Assembly (NCBI GenBank): GCA_965202585.1 | Contig: OZ241827.1 | Coordinates: forward strand, 75,330,001 to 75,394,000 | Length of the DNA stretch: 64,000 nt | Reading direction: 5' to 3' | Source: Thalia democratica | Lineage: Eukaryota | Shown: piece after piece, positions 1-11,400 of the stretch | Numbering within the stretch: the stretch's first letter is position 1 | How the letters are laid out: every line of letters begins with the position of its first letter | The notes under the pieces: model-generated | Databases searched by the model: none | Told to the model about the DNA's origin: nothing | Seen by the model: only the letters and a program-made list of their open reading frames with translations | Program-made: the position numbers and the translations under genes

Positions 1-1112
1 AGTTTATTAGATAAGATCATATAAAGCGTTAGTAAATAGTTATCATAAATAAAATGAAAATGTGTAGGATACAGAGTGTAAACTTTTATTTTGAAAATAA
101 TTGTAATTATTACGCAGTGGGCTGGCAAGTGGCTATTGACCATTTTAATGTCTTGAAAATTAAACCAAGAGATTTATTTAGTTGTATACAGCTGGACATT
201 CTTTTGAAATTTCGATTCGATTATAATCAGGTTTAAGTAAATTAATAGTTATGTAAGCTTAAACATAACGTATTTTGACGTTTTAAAGTCTACAAATTAG
301 TTGAAAAAATCTCGATTTTTTGTCAAAATTAAGGCTTACAGTAACTGTTAAACATACCTTAAAAGCTTTTATAAAAATATTTATTTTACATTTTTTTGGT
401 TAACTGTCAATTTGTAAAGTTACAGTTCTTTGAAAATTTAAAAAGAAAAGTGTATTATTTCCATACAAAAAAACTACTAACTTTCAAAAATTTTATTGGT
501 GTGTTTACAGCAATTTAGGGTATTTTCAAGAGAGAATATCTCAATGACCTTGTGCTGAATTATCTTTTTTTTATGTTTTAGAAAATATGACAAATGCTTA
601 TATACAGATTTACATAAAATCTATCATTAGGAAATAGCTATGACGAGCATAAAGTTATTGTTATAGGAAAATTTATTAATTTTTCAAAAAACATAAAACT
701 TTAATGTCAATTATTTTCCTTATCTTAAAAGCTATCTAAAATTTTTATTTTTATTTTAGAGAACGCACCTTTGCCTTTAATTTAAAAAAAAATTATTTAA
801 TTTGGGGTTGGAATTATTTCATGGGGTCCCTCCAAAAATAAAGGTTTTTTTTCGTTTTTTTTCATCAAATGGTATTAGAACCAAAAATAAATATTTTTTT
901 TTAATTTTTTTTTTGATTTCCCTTAGTTTGCATGTTATAAAAACTCGTAAATAGTTATTTTATAAATAATGTTAATATCTTTTACGATTTGGCCCAAAAT
1001 CAAAATGTATTATATTACACTATCATTTAGATATATTCAGACCTTTTAATGTAATTAAGTACCATTTAACTACAAGACAAACAAATTTTTTCATTATAAA
1101 CTTTATTAAAAA

Positions 1113-1150
1113 CTTAAGCGCTTTCGGAATGTCCAAATTCCCTTATCAAA
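1113..1150 (-). ncRNA. Putative minimal hammerhead ribozyme motif (inverted pLTR copy)
   Basis: Exact reverse complement of 1731-1768. Confidence 0.5.
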
Positions 1151-1190
1151 ATACTAAACACTCACTAGTTAAACTAACACAAAATAAATA

Positions 1191-1598
1191 AGCATCGGGG
1201 TAAAAGTACGCATTACTTATAGATCAGAAAAAGTAGGGAAATATTTCTCTCTAAAAGATTCAATAAGTAGCTTGTATCAAAGTTGTCTCGTCTATAAATT
1301 TACGTGTCCAGGTGATCTGAACAACCAGTACATTGGTGAGACAGAAAGACAACTTTTCGTCAGAATTAAAGAACATGTGACTCCAACCAACAGTGCGGTG
1401 TTTAAACATATCGAAAATTGTGTATTTTGTACTAATTGTAAAAATATTTATGATTGTTTCAAAGTTATTAAAACGTGCACTTCGTATAATGAATTATTAT
1501 CTTCAGAAGCATTACTAATTAAAAAATTGCAGCCAAATTTGAATAATCAGCTTGGTCCTGATAAAGGATCAAGAGTAACTATTAATGTTTTTAAATAA
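1191..1598 (+). pseudogene. Penelope-like GIY-YIG endonuclease, C-terminal fragment
   Basis: Open frame ...KVGKYFSLKD...VYKFTC...YIGETERQLFVRIKEH...ELLSSEALLIKKLQPNLN, typical of the PLE endonuclease. No RT domain upstream. Confidence 0.88.
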
Positions 1599-1730
1599 TC
1601 CATTTTGTCTTAATTGTTTATAAAAATCCATTTTTGTTAATTACTTGTCGTTTTAATTAGTTGTGTTTTTACAAATGATATAATTTCACTCAATTTATTT
1701 GTGTTAGTTTAACTAGTGAGTGTTTAGTAT

Positions 1731-1768
1731 TTTGATAAGGGAATTTGGACATTCCGAAAGCGCTTAAG
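1731..1768 (+). ncRNA. Putative minimal hammerhead ribozyme motif in Penelope pLTR
   Basis: TTGATAA-G-GGAAT(ttggac)ATTCC-GAAA-GCGCTT: core boxes with a U3/A8 swap, a 5-bp stem II and a palindromic stem III (AAGCGCTT). Stem I pairing is weak. Confidence 0.5.
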
Positions 1769-4700
1769 TTTTTAATAAAGTTTATAATGAAAAAATTTGT
1801 TTGTCTTGTAGTTAAATGGTACTTAATTACACTATCATTTGCCTTGGCCATTTCCTAGATAAAAAATTGATAAAAGGAAAAAAAAGTTAATAAGAATGTG
1901 AATTACATCAAACTAAATTAAAATAAAATAATTTAATTAAATTTGTTGTATATTCACATTCTTATTAACTTTTTTTTCCTTTTATCAATTTTTTATCTAG
2001 GAAATGGCCAAGGCAAATGATAGTGTAATATACTACATTTTGATTTTGGGCCAAATCGTAAAAGATATTAACATTATTTATAAAATAACTATTTACGAGT
2101 TTTTATAACATGCAAACTAAGGGAAATCAAAAAAAAAAAATTAAAAAAAAATATTTATTTTTGGTTCTAATACCATTTGATGAAAAAAAACGAAAAAAAA
2201 CCTTTATTTTTGGAGGGACCCCATGAAATAATTCCAACCCCAAATTACATAATTTTTTTTTTAATTAAAGGCAAAGGTGCGTTCTCTAAAATAAAAAAAA
2301 AAATTTTAGATAGCTTTTAAGATAAGGAAAATAATTGACATTTAAGTTTTATGTTTTTTGAAAAATTAATAAATTTTTCTATAACAATAACTTTATGCTC
2401 GTATAGCTATGTTTTTAGATTTATAGAAATAAAATTTCGATGCCTATTTTCTGTTTTCATTGAAAAAAATACCAACTAAGTTTACCATATTTAATGCCAA
2501 TTACCTTATTAAGTTTTCCAGTACAAATTAAACCAAGTTTAAGAAAAAAGGCAAAAATAACTTTGCAAATAAGTTTTACAGGTATTTTTCTGTAACTTTC
2601 TGCAAGCATTTTTGACAAAAACTATAAAGAATTTGGAGTAGTTTTAAAACTGTAATGGCAAAAACTGGATTTAAAGTAAACTAACTCAAACTACTTAAAT
2701 ACTTGAAGCAGAAAATGATAAAACCTTTTTTGAAACAAAGAATCAAAGATTTGACTAATTATGTTTAACACTTAATCTGATTTTTTTTAGCATAATTATT
2801 TTATTATAACCAATGGCCTCTGAATCCCGTTTTCATCTAACTGTGTACTAGTCAGTTTGTGTTTAATATCTGAATAAATATCAATCATAAAGACCTTATA
2901 AATTTTTTTACCTCATTCATAAAATTTTGTAGCTATATTATTTTAATTATCATTTCTTTATTTGGATAGCCTCACATTTATAAACAGTGGTAGGAGTTTA
3001 TTAAAAGAATTAAATCTAATCATAAATTATACTTCGTTCTACTAAAAGTACAAATAACAAGACATTGCAGTGTTTTATTAATACTATGTAGTAGTGCATA
3101 GTTTATACTAAAGCTATTAAAACTTGTGTAAATCAAATTTTTCTAGCATTAGTTAGTCTAGATTTTCTTTAATATCCTAACTTTTTGTAAGAGTCGTGAT
3201 ATTTAAAATAAAATATAAAAAAAAGATTTTATAAGGTGTACGATTATTCAAACTCGGGCAATTCAGAACCCTAAAATTCGAATACTTAAAAAGCTTTTAA
3301 AGGGTGCTAACTAAAAATGCAGTACATATTTTAATTAAATAAAAGTGCGTTAGTACGTCTAACTAATACCTACAAGCACTTTTTGTCTCATTGCAGAAAG
3401 TTAAATTCTTTTTGTGATATGGCTAAAATATATTTTAAAATATACCATTTTTAAATTCTTTTCTAAAAAAAAATTTTCATTCAATTGTTCTTATTATCAT
3501 AATTTTATGAGTTTAAATATATGATGGTTTTCGAGATTACCTACATCATATTTACAATTAAAAAAAAATATTTATATATATTACTTTTTGAGCTGTGGCT
3601 GTTAAATTATTTATTTAACTACTTGAATTTTCCCTAATTTAATCGTCATGTAATTATTTTACTAAACAATTAGTACAGTAAAGTCTGTATTAATATTTTA
3701 GTAGATTAATAGTAGAAAAAAGGCTATATCAACTTGGTTTTAAGTTTTTACGAAATAATACCTTTCAATATAAATTGAATTTTTATTTTATACAATTTTT
3801 AGTAGAAGTGTTTATTTTAACTTTTACTTAATACCACAAACAAAAAACTGTTCAAAAGTTGTTTTAAACAGAAGTTTTAAAAGTGGCTTTAGTTAAACTT
3901 GTTTATTTTGATTCTCTTACATAGAATCTATGTCTATCTCATTAAGTTACTAAATTTCTTTCAGAAATAAAGTTGGTTTTACAATGGTATAATATTGTAA
4001 AGTTTTTGTAATGCACTTAACAGTATGATACATAATATGAAACGATATAAAATCTTAATTAAACTTGCATTACACTTACTTTATTTATTTTCAAACAAAA
4101 ATAAAACTGTTTTAAATTTCATATTTATCTAATAATATCCCTAAAGTGAATATTGGTTTGTTTTAAGTAGAAGTTAGATAAAATACAGTGTACTGTACTT
4201 ACAAAACATTTGTTAATAAGAATATAATTGAAAATAAATGATAAAAAAATCTCTTTGTTCAGTAAAATCTGAAGAATGAAATGGACTAACTATTTTTATT
4301 TTTTGTTTTACGATACTACATAAATCAAAAATCACAACAAAATAGTAAAGTAAAATTTTAAATCTAATAAATTTATAAAACAAACTAAGTTTTTCTTACT
4401 TCAATAAGATTTGCGAAGTTCTAAAAAAAGTTCTTCCATTATTTTTTATGATTTTATTTTTCATTTTAAATGTTTTAGGCTTAGGCTCTATTTTCGTTTG
4501 TATATTACAAAAAGTTTTTGAGTACATTCTGAATAAATGTTTTCTAAGTAATTATGTTACTTGGTTAATTTTTGCTTCAATTCTTTTTCACTTATTTCAT
4601 TTATGGTTTAATAATTATAAATATAATATACTTAATACGTACTACAAAATATATTATTGATATAATTTATTATTTTGTCAATTTTGTATCTGAAAACATG

Positions 4701-6144
4701 AAAATTTCTAAAATAACCTACGGGTAATACAGCTCCCACTAAAAATTGTAGAACAAAACAAACAAAAAACAAAAAAGTCTCTTACTAAAACTAAATAATT
4801 ATAGTAACAGTCATTTGTCTAGTAATACTTCCAGAAAAATTTTAAATTGTATTTTTGACTTTTACACTATTTTAGTTTCTAACAAATATCAAAAATAAAC
4901 TATTGATTTTTTCAATATTTAGAGCAATCTGATACTAAGTTTTTGAAACTTTAGACATACTTAATAGTATTATATTTTTGTTGAATAACATGAAAATTTA
5001 CTAAAAAATTAAAAATATTCCAGATAAACGTATTTCAAAAGTTTTAAAATAGTATTTTATTCAACTACTGTAATAATTAATGTTCTAAACAATTTTAGTA
5101 TAAAAATAAGGCTATTAAACACTAAGCTACGATAGAAAAATTGTACACATTATACTTGGAGTTACTACTAAAGTTTGGTAAAACTGCCATATAATTCTTT
5201 TTTTCACCACACAGACTTGTTTTTTGCTTACAAAACACTTAAATACTTAAAAAATAGGCGAACTATAAAAATACTTTATTAAGTTCAGAATACATAAATG
5301 ATTGTTTTAATGAACATTAAGTAGCCAGTGTTTAATTCTACAGAATACTTAGATAAGTCAAGATAGCAATGTCAAGCAATCAACCAAAAGCTATATCAGA
5401 TGAGCATCTGAAAAAGCTGTATTCGAATGCGTTCAATTACCACACAGATGATGGCATTTTAGCAACAAAACTACAAGCCAAAGTTTGTTTTATTTTTTCA
5501 TGTGACTGTTGTTAGTTATTAAAAAAAAATAATTATTTACTTTTTTACAAAATATAAATAATTTAAATAAAAAATATAACGCTTGCTACCAAAGAAGTCT
5601 TAATCTCTTAGTTAGATGTTTTTTGTTCATTTTTTAATAAAAATTTGTATCTTTTCTAATTATTATTTATTATTTTTTCTTTAGAAAATTAAATAAAAAA
5701 ACTTCTGCAACAATAGTTAATTATACAAGACACATCATTTTTTCCTCGATGTTTCTTATTAAATTTTATATGTAGGTTTTCTTTGAAACGTACGGTGCTT
5801 GGTTCAGGAAAGGTGGCAGAGTGCCTAAAATTTTGTACTGGGAATGGGGAGATATTAAGTTTGTCACCGATGGAAATGGTAAAGTGTCTGGTGCAAAGTT
5901 CAAACATTCTCCAAATGTAAGTTTTTTTTTAGTTAAATTCTTGCATGACATAAGAATCATTAAAATATTCAATTTTATTTTACTGAACCAGATTCATATG
6001 TAATCATTTTGAGCTTACTCATGTTAAAAACTTAGTTACTAACTTTTTGAACAAGCAATTGTATGTAGGGTATTTACCACTATTGCACGGAGGTACACTT
6101 TTGTTTAATAGTTACACTTCAATTTAGTTCTATTTTATTCAAGT

Positions 6145-8419
6145 TGAAGAATAACTCCTTGTCAATTTAGTTTAATAATTTATTAACAATGTAAAATCTA
6201 AAACGAAAATAAGTATAAATATAAACACTAAAATGAGCTATAGATTAGTTATTCTACATCCCCTTCAGCTCATTTAAGATAATAACAAGTTTAAGGCAAT
6301 GACATAGCTCGTCAAGAGGGGATTTAAACAAGTAACAAAAATATTTTACTAAGATGAGACTAAATTTTATGCATTAACAAAGCTAAATTGACTTAAATAA
6401 AAAAAATCTTTAAACAAGGGAATTATTTAAAGAAAAACAAAACTGAAATAAAACGCATTAAATAAATCCAAAACAATTTAAATTCATGCAATTCCACGCT
6501 GAATCCTTTCTGGCTCAGCAATCATCACTATCAGCACCAATTGAACACTCAGCACCAACTTTTGTGTAAACAGGAACAAACAGACTTCACTTACGGTAAT
6601 TTCTACTTTGGAGTACTCCACTCTCAAGCTTCCCTGGCGTATTGAAGTCTTTCAACCTACGCAAAGCAAGCGGCACCTTGTTTTTTTTGAGAACTATAGG
6701 AGAAGGAATGTACTCTTCCTCAACCTCTTCATGATTCGCTTCAGGCTCACTGGTTTTACCAGTATTGGCACTGTTGGAATCCTCTGTAATCTTTACAGAA
6801 GAATCAGGACGTTGATGACCAACATTGCACTCCTGTGAGCTTGGTAGATTACCGCACCAACCATGGGAAGTTTTTACTTCAATGCTTGTTGAGGCTGGGT
6901 TGTACATCCTTAAAAACTTACTCTTTCTCCGAGTAAGTCTCCGTGAACCATCAACTTGACTACATACTGATCATGTGGAAGCACCTCCATTACAACTCCA
7001 CTTCTGTCCCATTTACGTGGATGACTGCCGCTCTAGCTTTGCAGTAGACACCTACTGCCAACGTACAAAGGTCGCAATTTTCTAGCTTTGTGGTTGACAG
7101 CTCCACTGAAGTCTTGAAATCTATCACTATCTAGGCTGCCTGATTCAGTAACATTGGACCTTAGCAGTCTTTTTGCTTGCTTTACAGCGACTTCTGCTCT
7201 TTCATTTGACTTTGGATAGTATGCAGCTTGAATTAGAGTTGAATCCTGAGCTGAACCTTGAGTTGAAGTTAAATCCGGATCTGAAACTCGAGTTAGAATT
7301 TTTCTTCGATTCGGAAAAAGACGCACTGATTCATAAGAACTCCAAAAGTAATATCTATCTAGACCGTAATCTTCTATCAGATTTCTAACGGATCCCGTGC
7401 CACCGTTTCTTCAAACTGAGATCTGTGAATTTTCCAAACCGAAACGTGAAGTAAACTTGGAATGTTGGAAGTCGACACTTTCGAGTTGGTTGAGACGGCT
7501 GTCAGAAAGTGAAGAGTTGTGAAACTCAACCGAACGGACTGGAATTTCTGATGCGATTCCATAAGTTTCATCTTCATTAGTTTTTTCAGCTGCATATTCA
7601 GAATTTTCAGCCTTAAACGGAAGTTTGCATGGTTTTCATGGACTTTGCTTCCGCTTGGGCAACTGCAGGTTGCCTCGTGCGAATTGAGTTAACTTTGATC
7701 TTTTTCACTCAAACTTGCAAAAACTTTAGAAAGCTGATAAGGCAACTGAGAACCAACACTGGGAAAATCTCTATCTATAATAAGAAGATCAACCATCGTT
7801 TCATACGAGAGAAAAAACTTAGTCACTGAGTTACTGACATAAATAATACTGTTACAGCTAATCACCTCATCCTTTGGAGACATTCCACTGATAGTAGCTC
7901 TAAAGCGCCTATAATGTTTATTGAAGTTTGGTTAGCAGCCCAAATTTTGACTGATACGGGAAGTAAGTCATTCTTTCCAAAACCAGCATTGTGAAAATCT
8001 TTCCACCCCCAAAGGTTTGATTGTGCACCAGTATTAGCTAAAGCACTTACCCATGCAAACTTTTTTGTGCCATGTCTAGCAATCTTGACTGATGCACGAG
8101 GATGGTCAGTCGTTGCCTTGGCTTTACGCAAGGAGTTCTTGCTGAATATGGTGTTATTCAACATGATTCTTTTAATTGCATGTAGTGACATTATTTGGAT
8201 ATCTTATTGCATAAAATCAGAATGATCAGCTTGGATTTGAACAGCATTAACCTTTTTTGATTGATTACGCCAACAAGATAGACAATGTCTGAAAGGCTTT
8301 TTATTTCAATTACCTTTTTCTTTAAAAGGATAGAAAAGCTTTTTACAGTTCTGGCAAGGAACATGTTGGGACTTATCTCCTAATTTGATACGTCCCTTCT
8401 TCTGACGTTGAAAGGAAGA
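6145..8419 (-). mobile_element. Ty3/Gypsy LTR retrotransposon remnant, truncated copy (3' LTR 6145-6258; gag and 5' LTR deleted)
   Basis: TG...CA LTR preceded by CAAGT, with the polypurine tract adjacent. Integrase C-terminal motifs (AYYPKSN.RAEVAVK; HDQYVVKVDGS) and protease region (SALANTGAQ) are present. Junction at 8420 jumps to sequence matching ~38317. Confidence 0.9.
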
Positions 8420-8420
8420 G

Positions 8421-11400
8421 ACTTACCTTTGTTTAAAATTTCTACTAGGTTTTTCAAGTTTAAGAAACGATCTTTAAACTAGCTCTATAATTTAATTAGT
8501 TTTATTCTACTTTTAACAAACTTAATTTGTTGTATTATAACAAAATTTTAAATATGGTATGCTTAAAAAAATCATAGGTTCTTTTCCACACTGGTGACAA
8601 GAATTGTCCGGTTAAATCGCTGTTGATGTATAAACAAAGGAACAGCAACAGTCACGACCCAAACACACCTTTTTTGCAATTTTGCACGCAATTTTATTCG
8701 ATGAACACTGATAACCCGCTTACTTTCTCTGCATGGTACGCAAACACAGAAACGGGAAAAGCAAATGTTACGTACATAAGTAACATTATGGCTAAAATGT
8801 GTGGTAAGTTGTATCTTTAATTTCGCTTCTTCTAAAGTCTTTTTCAAAACCATCTACTACATTTTTCATTATAGGTGGACAAAATAACCAACAAAACGAG
8901 CTGTCTTTTTGGAAGGAAAAGCACTACACCAACCTATGTATTCTTGAAACAAGTAAAATCAGAACGCCACAAGAAAACTGTCAAGTTACAATAAAACAAG
9001 TTCTCAACATCAACGATTTGTTTAGAGGTTACTCCTGTTGCGAACTAAAGCAAGCTGCTACAACATCGAGTGGACCAAGTTCTGCTACATTGGCAAGCAA
9101 CCGTCAGAGTCTTTCTCCGCCTCCTACTAAGAGGCCACCAAACATTTTTCTTCCTAACATCTATCAAGCGTACAAGAATCAGAAGAATTTTTCATCAATG
9201 TGAATAGAAAAATTGTAGAAAAGTTACACTATATTCTTCTTAACTGTCAGTTCAATAATGTAACGCTGCTGAACGAACTTCTCGAGTATGGGGTCAACCC
9301 TTCGGATGATGAACAAATAAAAGCTCTAATGGAACTCCATTCTTACCAATTAAACTTCGTTTGCCCACCTCTTGCTGTAAACAACCAGGAAAAGGAGATC
9401 TACAAACGGTACATCGCCGAAGCTTGTTCGTTTATCGATTTCAGGAAAATAATTTTGAGTCAACCGTTCAGAACTTTCTATGCCAACATGCTTAAGTTGA
9501 AGTTTGGCATGGATCCAGAAAATCATCTCCACGTTCGCGCCATTGAGAAAGCGTCCGATATCATATCAAGAAGATAGGCAATAAAGAAGATAGGCTTCCG
9601 GTTTTACAATGTTTTTACCAATTGCACATTTCTTTTAGCATTATTTTACGTTCTGCTGTTGTTATGCAGTTTTTCGCTTTAACAGTTTGCTTTACTTTTT
9701 AATGTTTTTAAGGAGACTGAAAAATCTTACTGCTTAATTATGCTTAAATCCACGTTTAAAATAAAGTTTTTACCACTCGTACGTTTTTTCAAGCATTTAT
9801 TAATTTCCTCTAACTTTATTATGCAGTTTCTCACACTTGCAGTATCCAACTTTTTCAAAGTTTTTATGACGACTGAATATTTTCTACTTCTAATTTCTTT
9901 CTAAATGGGTGTTTTTAGTCGTTTGATTTTTTAGAAAATTTTATGCATTTACAAGTACTTTAAATGCATATAGAAACTTTTTAAAAGCCGTTTTTACAGA
10001 GTTAATTTGCTGTTTATTTGTTTTAGTTATGAACTTGAATTAAAATTAATCTAAATAACTTACTGTTTCTTAGAAATGATTACTAAATAAAAGTATGTTT
10101 TGATATGCATTTTGACAAAAAAAATGTTTTTTGAATCTTAAGCTGACACAAGTAGATTTAATTTGTGTCTATAGAATAGTAGAAAAAAGTAAAATTTTTA
10201 AAAACAAAATAATGTTGTCATTCTATAACTAAATCTTTCACGAAGAACTAACAACTTAAGTAAAAAACGGTTAAAATACCAAAAAAGTAAAAAAATAATT
10301 ATATTACTTTAGTAGCTTTTAAAAAATGTAAGTAAACTTAAAAATTATCATAAGCAAAAAACTAATAATTACACAAAAATTTAAATTTGTAAAAGTTAAA
10401 GAAATAAATTATTTAAATTTAAAATTATTTTAGAACGTAATATACAAGAATTAATTTTGAAAACATGTTTTTTTTATGACCAGATAAAATAAAAAGTATT
10501 CAATAATCAGGAGCATCATACTTATTTGATCATTATTTATATATAAAATCGAAAGTATTTTAAACTTGTATTGAAACAGAAGAAAAGTTTTTAAAGTTTC
10601 AAACTTGCATGTAAAAAAAACTTCGTAATTTCCTTAAAACGTAAATAAGCGGAAACTTGCTAATAATATGCATACAAGTTTTATGCTTGCTTTCATTCAA
10701 AATATCAGCATTTAGTATTTGTTGGAAAAGAAAAAGGTAATAAAAAGTTGACAAGATTAAGTCAAAAAATAAAAGTTATGTTTTCGACCGAAGTTTTCTC
10801 AGAACTTAATCAATACAGCTAAAACAATTTAATTGTGCTTAGATAAAATTATGTAAAAAAATTGTTTAATGCGGTCATAGCAAACAGTCATTCATCCATA
10901 TACTAGGATTATCAAAACCAATTTTTTTTTAATAGTTAATTAAGTGTTATATACGCTAAAACAGTAATTGACTAGAAAGCATTACTTTGACAGGTATAAG
11001 AACGAAAGATTTGAAAAGTTGAGAAATTTCTATGTAGCTTGAAAAGTACTTATACTTGCTCATGAAGTCAATTTATTTTTTTAGTTTAAATTGGTTGCTT
11101 TCTACACTTTACTAGTAAGTAAGCATTTATAATCTTTGTCAATAAAAAAAGTTTAAAGCGTAAATTCATTTGCTGTATATCTTCTTATTTGAAAAATAAC
11201 CAGGTTTAACAAGTAGTCAAAGTGTTTAAACATATGTTTGAGTATATTTTAATTAAAATAATTTCAAAAATCTATGATGTTTTAGCCTTAAAATATGTTT
11301 GTGAAGTTTTGCAACATAACTACATAAGGTCTTCCAAATTTGATTATGTCTAATTTTTTATGTATATTTTTTTTATAAATTTATTCTTATGCTTATACAG

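Larger units (their letters stand above)
1029..1825 (+). mobile_element. 5'-truncated Penelope-like retroelement with inverted pseudo-LTR
   Basis: GIY-YIG frame; ~140-bp inverted terminal copies (~1051-1190 vs ~1693-1830); 15-bp target duplication ATTACACTATCATTT at 1014-1028 and 1826-1840. Confidence 0.9.
642..2402. mobile_element. Foldback (long-TIR) non-autonomous DNA element, ~960 bp near-perfect palindrome once the nested insert is removed
   Basis: 642-1028 plus 1841-1900 is the reverse complement of ~1950-2402. It is flanked by the 8-bp direct repeat ATAGCTAT (634-641, 2403-2410). The paralogous site at ~30977 has a single ATAACTAT and no element. Superfamily not determined. Confidence 0.9.
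68..9577 (+). pseudogene. Crypton/DUF3504-like multi-exon gene, copy 1 (5' part lies outside the window; frameshift in last exon). Supported exons: 68-77, 118-230, 5363-5482, 5776-5916, 8578-8803, 8875-9577
   Basis: AG/GT-bounded, phase-compatible exons give ...KAISDEHLKKLYSNAF...KLQAK|VFFETYGAWFRKGGR...FVTDGNG...|VLFHTGDKNCPVKSLLMYKQR...WYANTETGK...|...HYTNLCIL...FRGYS. This follows the motif order I recall for DUF3504/Crypton recombinases. One T is missing at ~9190 relative to the other copies (could be a homopolymer error). Further small exons probably exist. Confidence 0.7.

Noticed and set aside
7173-7388. Leu/Glu periodic ORF (LELELNPELNLELKL), leucine-zipper-like
   Set aside because: Antisense reading of a low-complexity filler inside the Gypsy remnant.
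8572-8853. Repeated minus-strand ORF ...KIQLTTHF... (also 12135, 38468, 49834)
   Set aside because: Antisense to the DUF3504-like exon; substitutions between copies are synonymous in the plus-strand frame.
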